Positions 49,287 to 57,849 of a stretch of 64,000 nucleotides of DNA are shown here, piece after piece. The notes below the pieces were generated by a model. The model ran no database searches and was not told the DNA's origin. It saw only the letters and a program-made list of their open reading frames with translations. The position numbers and the translations under genes were made by a program. Position 1 is the first letter of the stretch; the number at the start of each line of letters is the position of its first letter. Origin of the DNA: Promethearchaeati archaeon SRVP18_Atabeyarchaeia-1 (GTDB lineage: Archaea > Asgardarchaeota > Atabeyarchaeia > Atabeyarchaeales > Atabeyarchaeaceae); contig CP147779.1 in NCBI GenBank assembly GCA_037308085.1, forward strand, positions 1,184,001-1,248,000. Reading direction: 5' to 3'.

Positions 49287-49482
49287 AGATGGCCCTACAA
49301 AACAGGGTCTTCTTGACAGTGCACAAAATGCTGAAGACCTAATTCGTCAAAATAAATAATCGAGACCTCAGAGCATAAAGGAGACGGATAGACGCAAGCA
49401 ACCAGAAGACTAATCGAAACCTCAAAAAGAAAGGCTCTTTGACATGTAGCTAAACCAGGATAGTGTTAACTTCTCTTTCAGC

Positions 49483-49515
49483 TATGCATGTTTCCCCGTC
49501 GATTTCTGGCGGCAT
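49483..49515 (-). pseudogene. Displaced ferredoxin 5' fragment (MPPEIDGETCI)
   Basis: ATG with GGTGA SD (49526-49522) and TTATAA box (49567-49562); 9 of 10 residues after the start match 47553-47524. Confidence 0.85.
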
Positions 49516-49681
49516 GTAGAATCACCTTTTGCTTCCAAATCTCTGATATCAGTCGCTCTTATTATAAGATTTTCTTCTTTTTTTTGGATGCCTCCAATTC
49601 AGCCTCAAGACAAGCGGGATGGTTTGCACAGGTTTAAAAAGAGACGCCGGGAAGGTGAAGTGATGAACGAGGTCCGTAATT

Positions 49682-50665
49682 ATGTCTGATATCTTCATCT
49701 TGCTTTCGCTCTTATCTGCAATTCTAGTCGGGTTCTCAGTTGCCATGGAGAGAAAGGGCCTCTCACAGCTGCCTGAAATAACACCTGGAAAAATCGCGAG
49801 GAATCCAATAAGAGTGGTTTTAAGCTTGATTCTCTGCAAGCTTTGGATCGTCGGTTGGATCATCGCACAAGTAGGCTGGGCTCTTTGGGTTCAAGCGATT
49901 AATATAGGCGACTTCAACGTGGCGAAAACACTGAGCAGTCTCAGCATAGTTGTTGCCACCCTGCTATGTGTTCGTCTATTGGGCGAGAGACTTAACCACA
50001 TAGAAAAAGCAGGCATCATTCTGGTTACTTTGGGAACGCTATCCGTATCGTTGGAGTCTCAAGTAACGAAACCAGGATTCGTAGACTACAATGCGTTCAT
50101 AGCTTTCAATGGAATCGCTTTGGGGTTCGCCTTTTCCCTCATGATAGCAAGCGGCATTAGGAAGAAGGAGCAGGGAAGACCAATCTGGGAAGTCTCGTCT
50201 GCTACCGCAGCGGGGATTTTCTACTCAGTATCCGCGCTCTTTCAGAACCTTGCCAGTTACACGACTCCGAGTGGTCAGGCAGGGTTTAACCTGTTCTCAA
50301 TTCAGAGTTGGCTGGCGTTTCTACTGAATGCTCCATTTATCGTTGGCTATCTGATCATATTGTTGGGATTCTTTTCAATTCAATCAGCCATGAGTCGCGG
50401 AAGAGCTTCTATCGCATACCCCATCTCAACATCACTTGGCATAGCTATACCAGTCTTGGGCTCAGCGCTAATATTCGGCGAGATGCTAGTTGTGCCCATC
50501 GATGGAACCGTCCAGTTCCCGTTATCATATCTGCGTCTTATCGGCACCATTCTGGCAATAGTAGGTGGCGCTCTGATCCAAACTCACTCTTGGAGGATGT
50601 TCGGTAGAAGAAAAGGCGTAGGAACTGCGGTCACCAAGAAAAGCGGGGAGAAACAACCTTCATAA
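49682..50665 (+). CDS. DMT/EamA-like membrane transporter
   Basis: About 10 hydrophobic segments in two repeats; LLGERL, FGE. Confidence 0.75.
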   Translation: MSDIFILLSLLSAILVGFSVAMERKGLSQLPEITPGKIARNPIRVVLSLILCKLWIVGWIIAQVGWALWVQAINIGDFNVAKTLSSLSIVVATLLCVRLLGERLNHIEKAGIILVTLGTLSVSLESQVTKPGFVDYNAFIAFNGIALGFAFSLMIASGIRKKEQGRPIWEVSSATAAGIFYSVSALFQNLASYTTPSGQAGFNLFSIQSWLAFLLNAPFIVGYLIILLGFFSIQSAMSRGRASIAYPISTSLGIAIPVLGSALIFGEMLVVPIDGTVQFPLSYLRLIGTILAIVGGALIQTHSWRMFGRRKGVGTAVTKKSGEKQPS

Positions 50666-51039
50666 TGAAAAGAAAAACTGGCAGCCGTTGTTTAGGGGTT
50701 TTGTTCCCCTTCTTCAACCCAGTCAAGCCTCTCCTCGCGCGGCAAGTTGGAAACGTTTCCTGCTCATCAACGTTTCTAGATATCGTATCGCAGATAGGCG
50801 GTCTGATGCCTTCATCGATCGCTCTCCTGCGCAGCTTCCTGATCATCACTGGTGTATCTGTTTTCCCCAGACACTTGTCAATTCAGCCTCCAATAAGTGT
50901 GATATTGGTTTCTCCACTGTTATGTTGATTGTCTGCGCAGAAATGTGAGAGAATGCTTATATCCCAACGAAAGTCAATTACGCGAAAAGAGTAACTGTCC
51001 TCATTCCATTCTGCTTGAATGATAGGGTGGGATCACAAG

Positions 51040-52347
51040 ATGAGCGAGAAATATGACATCGCAGTAGTGGGAGCGGGAATCTTCGGCGTGGCGTCGGCAT
51101 ATTACTTGCAGAAGAATAACCCAGGCAAGAGAATACTCCTCATCGACAGGTTGGCCGATGCAGGGCAAGCAAACACGGCTATGAGCGCCGCGGCCGTCAG
51201 GAATATGTTCTCCTCAAGAACAAACCAGATCCTGACTGATACAACGATCAGTTACTACATCAATATTCAGGAGAAGTTGAAGTTCGATCTCGACCTTCAG
51301 CTGGTGGGATATCTATGGCTTCTGACGCAGAAGCAGCTCGACAACCCTCTTAACAGGAAATGGATGGAGAAAATGGATGCAAACAACATCAAGTACGCTC
51401 TTTATGAAGGAAACGAGTTAAAGAAGAGGCTCCCAGAGTTGAGTATGAAGGTCTCAGATGACGAAGAAGCGAAAATAATGGGTTTAGAGGATGTCGCCGC
51501 AGGGCTCTATGGGCCAAAGTGTGGCACTTGTGATCCGAGCAAACTTGTCGCCTTTTACAAAAATGAATTTGTGAAGATGTCAAAAGTAAAACCAATGTTC
51601 AGCACCGAGGTAAAAGGGCTGATTCTGGAACCGACAAACAAGCTTGGCGTTCCCGGTGAGCCGTTCATATGGCAGGACTCAACCGTAGTCGGAGTGAAAA
51701 CAGCGAAAGGCGAGATCAGGGCTGATACTGTCGTCATGACCGCTGGAACGTGGGTCAATCAGCTGACCGATCCGATTGGTGTCGACGGCCGCGTAAAAGT
51801 AAAGAAGCGGCAGCTCTTCAGAGTTTCAACGGAAGCAAGTAAGGCACTGAAGTCAATTCTGAATGCAAAGGGATTCAATAAGTTCAACCTACTCCCGTTC
51901 ACAATCCTGCCGAGAGGAGTCTATCTGCGCCCCGTAAGGCAGGAAGAATCATTCTGGGTTGGGTGCGCAGACAAGCTAAACCGGGCTTTCAAGTATGTGC
52001 AGACAGAAGATGACTGGAAGAGCGAGAACACGTACTTTGAGCAGAGTATGTACCCCGTACTGTCAAAGTACCTGCCCGCTTTCAGGGATATCAGACCAGC
52101 TAGTGGATGGGCAGGCGCCTACGCATACAGTTATGATGCTGTTCCTTATGTCTACAAGGAAGCGGGAATGATCTTTGCCACTGGCGATAGTGGGTCTGGA
52201 ATCATGAAGGGAGACGCCCTTGGAAGAATGGTTGACGCCCTTTACAGAGGAGAGAAGGTGACTACTCTCTATGACGGAGTTAAGGTCGACACCGATACAC
52301 TCAGTGTAGGCAACCGCAAAGTTGAGAAAGAAGATGTGCTGATCTGA
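51040..52347 (+). CDS. FAD-dependent oxidoreductase (DAO/sarcosine-proline dehydrogenase-like)
   Basis: DIAVVGAGIFG, SAA, WAG.Y, GDSGSGIMK. Confidence 0.88.
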   Translation: MSEKYDIAVVGAGIFGVASAYYLQKNNPGKRILLIDRLADAGQANTAMSAAAVRNMFSSRTNQILTDTTISYYINIQEKLKFDLDLQLVGYLWLLTQKQLDNPLNRKWMEKMDANNIKYALYEGNELKKRLPELSMKVSDDEEAKIMGLEDVAAGLYGPKCGTCDPSKLVAFYKNEFVKMSKVKPMFSTEVKGLILEPTNKLGVPGEPFIWQDSTVVGVKTAKGEIRADTVVMTAGTWVNQLTDPIGVDGRVKVKKRQLFRVSTEASKALKSILNAKGFNKFNLLPFTILPRGVYLRPVRQEESFWVGCADKLNRAFKYVQTEDDWKSENTYFEQSMYPVLSKYLPAFRDIRPASGWAGAYAYSYDAVPYVYKEAGMIFATGDSGSGIMKGDALGRMVDALYRGEKVTTLYDGVKVDTDTLSVGNRKVEKEDVLI

Positions 52348-52448
52348 CACCTTCAAATCACTTAAAAGGAGAAAGAGGAAGAAGAAAGCAACAATGCCCA
52401 GGCATCACATCCTCAAAATGCCGGCAAGTCATCCAGGATCTAGGTGGG

Positions 52449-53891
52449 CTAGCTAGATTTCTTTGCCCACTCGCCTACCCCAGTGACGTTCGGGTCATCT
52501 ATTTTGACGTAGCCGTCTTGTTGAAGTTCCTGTGAGTACCTTCTTGCTATAGCTATTGGCTGACCTATTGCACGTGCTATTTCGGTGAAAGACAGAGTGC
52601 CCAGATCTTTGAGGATGGTGAGTATCTTGTATTTAGGCTCCTTTGACATGACTTTCACTATTCTGGCAACCTCGGCCTTCTTTTCGCTGAACTTGTCTTC
52701 AGTCTCTTCAACTATGCTCTTCAAATCTTGAACTTCTTGCTTTGCTCTCTGGTACGCTGTCTCCAGTTCTATTGCTCTGCTCTTGGCCTTCATCACATCC
52801 ACATTTTCAGTTCTGATTCTATCAACTTCCGATCTAAATGATTTGTTCTGAGTTTCAAGATCGCCAGCTCGAACCTCGGTTTCTGCGAGTTTTCCTTCAA
52901 GCTCGATGATTCTACCGTTTAGCTCCTCCGCCTTCTTCCTCTTTTCTTCGATGTTGTCCTCATACGCCTTCAGTCTAGCCTTGATCTCGCTCGTCTCGAT
53001 GATCTGCGATCTTAGGCGTTCGATCGTCTGCTGCTGATTTTCAAGCCTCGCCTTCAGTTCCTTAACTTCGATGCCTGTTTTCGCACCACTGGCAGCCTCA
53101 TTGAGTTCTTCTTCAAGCCGGACAACATTGCCCTGAAGTTCGCTCATCGTCGCCCGCTGCTCACTCATAATTGTGTCACGCTTCGCAACTTGCTCCTTGA
53201 GCTCTCTCACTTGCTTCTCGTTAATGGTCAACTCGTCTTCCAGGCTTCTTCCATGGGCGCCATATATCTCAGCTTGCTCTTTGAGAGAAGCTAGCAACCT
53301 GTACTTTGAGTTTGTCAGCTCCTCTCTGAAGCCCTTGAATTTCCCCACGAGGTCCCTGGAGAAGGATTCGAGTAGTGTCTCTTCGAGCTTCTTGACCTCG
53401 GCGACAACTACCTCGGAAATAGCATTCTCGACAAGGGGTGCAAAGGCCTTCATTCTCAGCCTCTCAGTCAGCTTCCTGGCGATCTCGGTTCTCAAGTCGA
53501 CGAGCTTGCTGCGGAACTCTAGTAGCTCGGAGGACAGGCTTGCTGCGATGTTTCTCTCAAGCGATTGGACGGTGCTCGCCATCTCATCCAGTTTCTTAAA
53601 CATGTGCTCAATGCTCGGTGTCGAAGCTGCAGGTTCTTGCTCTTCCGTAATCTCTTCAGAAGTGGCTACGGTTGTTCGTGAGGCAGACCCCCTCTGAGGA
53701 ATCGGGACCGACATTTCGGCAGCCTTGGGTTTTATCCCTTCAGCAATCGGGCCGCCAGTCGGAGCTAGAATAGTATCTACTTCCTTGGGTGTGAGCCCCA
53801 TTTCGCCGAGCAGGTTCTTAACAACCTTTTCCTGCTCTTCTCTCAGATCATCAGCCACCTTCTTTGATTTCTCATCTTCCTTGTCGGACAA
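52449..53891 (-). CDS. Long coiled-coil protein with C-terminal winged HTH
   Basis: Heptad-rich E/K/L region; KYKILTIL...LSFTEIARAIG...L...GYV. Confidence 0.75.
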   Translation of the reverse strand: MSDKEDEKSKKVADDLREEQEKVVKNLLGEMGLTPKEVDTILAPTGGPIAEGIKPKAAEMSVPIPQRGSASRTTVATSEEITEEQEPAASTPSIEHMFKKLDEMASTVQSLERNIAASLSSELLEFRSKLVDLRTEIARKLTERLRMKAFAPLVENAISEVVVAEVKKLEETLLESFSRDLVGKFKGFREELTNSKYRLLASLKEQAEIYGAHGRSLEDELTINEKQVRELKEQVAKRDTIMSEQRATMSELQGNVVRLEEELNEAASGAKTGIEVKELKARLENQQQTIERLRSQIIETSEIKARLKAYEDNIEEKRKKAEELNGRIIELEGKLAETEVRAGDLETQNKSFRSEVDRIRTENVDVMKAKSRAIELETAYQRAKQEVQDLKSIVEETEDKFSEKKAEVARIVKVMSKEPKYKILTILKDLGTLSFTEIARAIGQPIAIARRYSQELQQDGYVKIDDPNVTGVGEWAKKSS

Positions 53892-54072
53892 CTCTCAAGT
53901 CACCCTAAACCACCAAATTCAAAATACGCTCTGACTCCCGGAGAACTGGTCGTGCAGTCCGGGAGCGCCCCGTATAATATTCTGCGTGGATTTCCTTATC
54001 AACCTTTTCTAACTATGCGTAGCTGAAGACAATCTATGATGCGAATCGGTCCGCGGATCCTAAAGGATATCG

Positions 54073-54828
54073 CTAGAGCGATATCTCCAACCCATCTCTT
54101 GCAAGGATCACATTTCCCGTGTAGACTCTCTTAGCTTGGGCAACTAGGAGCTGTTCCTTTCCCTCGTTTACACTGCTCCAGTGGAAAAGAACGAGTGTTT
54201 TTACGCCAGCTTCCTTCGCCACGGTTGCTGCTCCCACAGAGGTCGAGTGGTTGCTGCTCTTTGCCTTCTCGACCATTTCCTCAGGAAACGCAGAATCATG
54301 TATGAGTAGTTTGCAGCCTTTCGCCAGTTTCGAGACGTCTTTCGACGGTGCCGTATCGCCAGTGTAGCAGAATGAAGCTCCATCTCTCTCAAAACGATAC
54401 GCCAATGTGGTCGGATTATGGATCGATTTGGTCGTTGAAACCATATTATCGTACTTGGCGCCTGGAGCCAGCTCCCTGAACTTAAGTGGGAACGTCAATG
54501 AGTCAAGCGGCGTGTTGAGGATCCTAAGAAGAGACATGACGGTTTCCTCAGTTTTCTCAGGGCCAATTATGGAAAGGGGCTCCTTCCTTGACTCCCTTAG
54601 CCACATTGCCCATATTAGACCAAGAAGACCAGAAACATGGTCGCTGTGAAGGTGAGTAAGAAAAACTATCTTCAGCGAGTCAAGTGACCCCAGTTTCCTA
54701 AGAAGAGACTGAGTAGCTCCCTCACCACAATCGAAAAGTACATCACGATCGACCAGAATTGCGGGAAGAGAACGATCAGGAGAGATCGAGCTTCCACCTG
54801 AGCCAAGTATAGTTATCTTCAAAACCAA
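54073..54828 (-). CDS. RNase Z-like metallo-beta-lactamase
   Basis: LGSGG, FDCGEG, THLHSDH, YTGDT, HST, ARDG. Confidence 0.88.
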   Translation of the reverse strand: MVLKITILGSGGSSISPDRSLPAILVDRDVLFDCGEGATQSLLRKLGSLDSLKIVFLTHLHSDHVSGLLGLIWAMWLRESRKEPLSIIGPEKTEETVMSLLRILNTPLDSLTFPLKFRELAPGAKYDNMVSTTKSIHNPTTLAYRFERDGASFCYTGDTAPSKDVSKLAKGCKLLIHDSAFPEEMVEKAKSSNHSTSVGAATVAKEAGVKTLVLFHWSSVNEGKEQLLVAQAKRVYTGNVILARDGLEISL

Positions 54829-55027
54829 TCATCCTCTCGCAAACACGTACACGTTGACTAGCATGGCCGGTTTCTAATCAACCTTTCGCTAGATTAGTCA
54901 AATGTTGAAATGCAGCAGTGATAACGTTTATCACTTTACCTGACCATTCTAATTCATCAGACCATTGAATCGATTCTGCTTTACGGGCAACTTGGTTCAT
55001 CATGCCATGGGAGAAGGGACACACGGG

Positions 55028-56299
55028 ATGGCTAAAGAGAATGAAACCAGCGGAAAAGAGACCGTGATTGTGGTCGGCTTCAACGCTAGGCCCATAGTGT
55101 CATCCGCGAAGCGGGCGGGCTTCAAGGTTCTCGCAGTGGACTATTGGGGAGACACCGATCTCGTTGCCACAGCAGACGACACCGAAACTGTACTCAAGCA
55201 GGTTCCTGGAAAGCGACCAAGAGAAGAGTTGAGGAGGCCTGCGTCTGATCTCCTGTTTGATTGCGTCGAGAGGATTGCCTCCAGACACCGTGGAGAGGCT
55301 GACTTTATCTTGGTGGGAAGTGGACTCGACGACCGCCCTGATCTCTGGCTAGAGCTTGAAAGCACTGCCCCGATACTCGGGAATCCCCCTGCCACTTTAG
55401 CCAGAGTCAGAGATCGTTTCCAACTCTATGAAACAGCATCGAGGCTCGGCATAGCAACTCCCACTACTTTCAAAGCTTCAAGCCTCAAAGAGACGCTTGA
55501 CTTCGCCAACAAGATCAGGTATCCCGTGGTTGTGAAACCTCCGGGAGGAGGCGGGGGTCTGGGCATACGATTCGCAAAAACAGAGTCGGAACTTAGAAAA
55601 CTCTACTTGACTGAAATGAAGCCACACTTTGGCGATACCGTCTTCCTGCAGGAGTACATAGAAGGAGACCATACAAGTGCATCTATAATGGGTAACGGCA
55701 GTAGCTGCGTCGTACTGACCGCAAATGAACAACTGATTGGATTGGGCGAGCTTGGAGCCAGTGCGCCTTTCGTTTGGTGTGGCAATGTTGTCCCATTAGA
55801 TCGATCTCCAAACAATAGGAAGGTTAGGGCCATAACTGCAGCCGCAAAATCGCTCGGGGAGAACTTGAAGCTCTATGGTTCTAATGGCTTCGATTTCGTC
55901 TTGAGACGAAGAGATGAGACTCCAGTAATAATAGAATGTAACCCTCGTTTCCAGGGCACGCTCGAATGCGTTGAGATGGCCACAGGGATCACTCTTGTGA
56001 ATGAGCATGTCAAAGCATGCAGAGGCGAACTCCCAAGAAAGCTACCAGCACCAGAACGGTATGTCGCCAAGATGATACCTTTCGCCAAAGAAAGATGTAT
56101 GGTCGGAGACCTCAAAAGTATCCAAGGGGTGGGCGATGTGTCACCCGAGGGCGTGATATGTGAGCGCGGTGATCCGATCTGCACTGTTCACGGAACAGGG
56201 GAAACAAGAGATGAGTCCATGAAGAATGCGAGAAAGTCAGTAGCAGAAATCTACAGAAGAACAACAGTGCAGGGAATCTTGGAGAATTCCGAGGAATAG
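55028..56299 (+). CDS. ATP-grasp family ligase (archaeal)
   Basis: VVKP.GGGGG, QEYIEG, GFDF, IECNPRFQG. Confidence 0.88.
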   Translation: MAKENETSGKETVIVVGFNARPIVSSAKRAGFKVLAVDYWGDTDLVATADDTETVLKQVPGKRPREELRRPASDLLFDCVERIASRHRGEADFILVGSGLDDRPDLWLELESTAPILGNPPATLARVRDRFQLYETASRLGIATPTTFKASSLKETLDFANKIRYPVVVKPPGGGGGLGIRFAKTESELRKLYLTEMKPHFGDTVFLQEYIEGDHTSASIMGNGSSCVVLTANEQLIGLGELGASAPFVWCGNVVPLDRSPNNRKVRAITAAAKSLGENLKLYGSNGFDFVLRRRDETPVIIECNPRFQGTLECVEMATGITLVNEHVKACRGELPRKLPAPERYVAKMIPFAKERCMVGDLKSIQGVGDVSPEGVICERGDPICTVHGTGETRDESMKNARKSVAEIYRRTTVQGILENSEE

Positions 56300-56334
56300 A
56301 TGAAAAAGAGGCACAAGCGCAGTCCCCGTCGTGC

Positions 56335-57768
56335 TCACGCAGATATTTTGACGTTTGAGAACCTGATGGATGGCGTGATTGTGACTCTGTGCCTGAGCTC
56401 ATCTTCGTAGGTTCTGACGTCGTTACCTACTTCATTTACGTTCCTCAGAAGCTGCACTATGTCTGACCCTATCATGGCTTCCTTCACGGGGTATTTTATC
56501 TCTCCGCCCTCGATTTTGAACGCTGTTTGGACTCCAATTGAAAAGGCCCCTGACACTTGATTGGAAGTGTGAGCACCTATTACGGTGTATGCGAGTACTC
56601 CGTCTTCAACTTCTGATATTAGCTTCTCAAGGTCCTTAGTTCCGGGTCTAACTACGATGTTGCTTGTCTCTATTATTGGTTCAGAACTATAGGTTCTGAG
56701 TCCCGTGACATCCTTTCTTGTTGAGTTACCTGTGCTTTTGGTGTTAGCTTGATTGGCCCAAAGTGAATCATAGAGGAAAGAATTGATGACTCCCTTCTCG
56801 ATTAGGCGTGTGTTCTTTCTTGGGTTGCCTTCATCGTCGAATGACTGCGAAGCGAATCCCTTCTCAATTACGCCGTTATCCTCAATCGAGATGAGATCAG
56901 ATAGAATCTTCTTCCCCAACTTACCCGCAAAGGGGGTTTTGTTCCGTTGAAGGTTGTCTCCCATAAACGCTGGATGTATAGTGTGTGCGAAGAGATCACC
57001 CACGGCATATGAGTGCAGCACTAGATCCATGCTTCTGGTCTCGATAGGTTTCCTCGCGAGCTGGTCCACACACAGCTTTGAGACCGTCTTACCCAGCTGC
57101 TCCACATCGACGTCACTTGAGTTCCTTGCAAGTTGCAGGTAGTCTACACCTGAGACATCCCCATCGCCCTTAGCCATAGATGAAACTCGAGCGTCGACGA
57201 GCGTCTCAGTCTCCTCAAGGTCTACACCAGCGCTATTTGCTATTGCCCTATTGTATGTAATGTACGTGATTGTGCCACTGCCCGATTCTACGCGTTTATC
57301 GTAGTTTCTCATTGCTTCGGCAAGGGTTCTTCCCTTGTCGATCAGCTCCTCTATTTGGGCGTTCCTAACCTGTTTGTCAGAGATTCCCCTGACCTTCTGG
57401 TACGTGCCCTTTGCTGGAAATGCCTTGAACCTTGGATCCTCTTCCCTTGCCCGAGCGGTTCTCAGAGCTTTCTCTATGGTTTCATTCATCGGTTTTTCAG
57501 ATAGGTTTGAAGTGCAGGAGAACCCTAGTTTCTTGCCCATTGCTACGCGAATACCCAAGCCTGACTGGACTTTGCGCTGGGCGAATGTGACTTGAAGTCT
57601 CTCAATGAAACATGCGGATATGACCCTTCGGAGTGCAAAGGCCTCAGCTTGCGTAGCTCCAGTCTTCTCAGCTCGAGCCACTGCCTTGGACGCGGTTGGA
57701 GCCAAGCCGAGGTAACTGTTAAGCTTGCTCTGCTCTCCGGGACCAGTTCTAGCTTTGATGTTCGCCAT
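56335..57768 (-). CDS. pmbA: TldE/PmbA family protein
   Basis: GLGIRV, FDDEG, STGN, GAHT.N..SG.FS, IEGGE. Confidence 0.92.
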   Translation of the reverse strand: MANIKARTGPGEQSKLNSYLGLAPTASKAVARAEKTGATQAEAFALRRVISACFIERLQVTFAQRKVQSGLGIRVAMGKKLGFSCTSNLSEKPMNETIEKALRTARAREEDPRFKAFPAKGTYQKVRGISDKQVRNAQIEELIDKGRTLAEAMRNYDKRVESGSGTITYITYNRAIANSAGVDLEETETLVDARVSSMAKGDGDVSGVDYLQLARNSSDVDVEQLGKTVSKLCVDQLARKPIETRSMDLVLHSYAVGDLFAHTIHPAFMGDNLQRNKTPFAGKLGKKILSDLISIEDNGVIEKGFASQSFDDEGNPRKNTRLIEKGVINSFLYDSLWANQANTKSTGNSTRKDVTGLRTYSSEPIIETSNIVVRPGTKDLEKLISEVEDGVLAYTVIGAHTSNQVSGAFSIGVQTAFKIEGGEIKYPVKEAMIGSDIVQLLRNVNEVGNDVRTYEDELRHRVTITPSIRFSNVKISA

Positions 57769-57774
57769 TCTGGT

Positions 57775-57849
57775 TCAACCTCCACCAACCACCACATTCT
57801 TCACTCTAACACTGGTGCTCCCATTTCCCAGGGGCAGACTACCCTATTC
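57775..57849 (-). pseudogene. Displaced tldD 3' fragment (E*GSLPLGNGSTSVRVKNVVVGGG*)
   Basis: 14 of 24 codons give the same residue as the last 24 codons of tldD (59466-59395); stop lies 6 nt before the pmbA ATG. Confidence 0.85.

Larger units (their letters stand above)
47524..49482 (-). mobile_element. Free-standing LAGLIDADG cassette at the ferredoxin 5' end, carrying a replacement promoter and N-terminus (boundaries approximate)
   Basis: Ferredoxin SD and first 11 codons present on both sides (49515-49483 and 47556-47524). Confidence 0.7.

Noticed and set aside
49660-49689. Box C (GTGATGA) and box D (CTGA) around the DMT start codon
   Set aside because: Too short for a guide RNA and no convincing flanking stem.
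50631-50948. Short overlapping ORFs between the DMT and oxidoreductase genes
   Set aside because: None has a recognisable motif or a consistent start signal.
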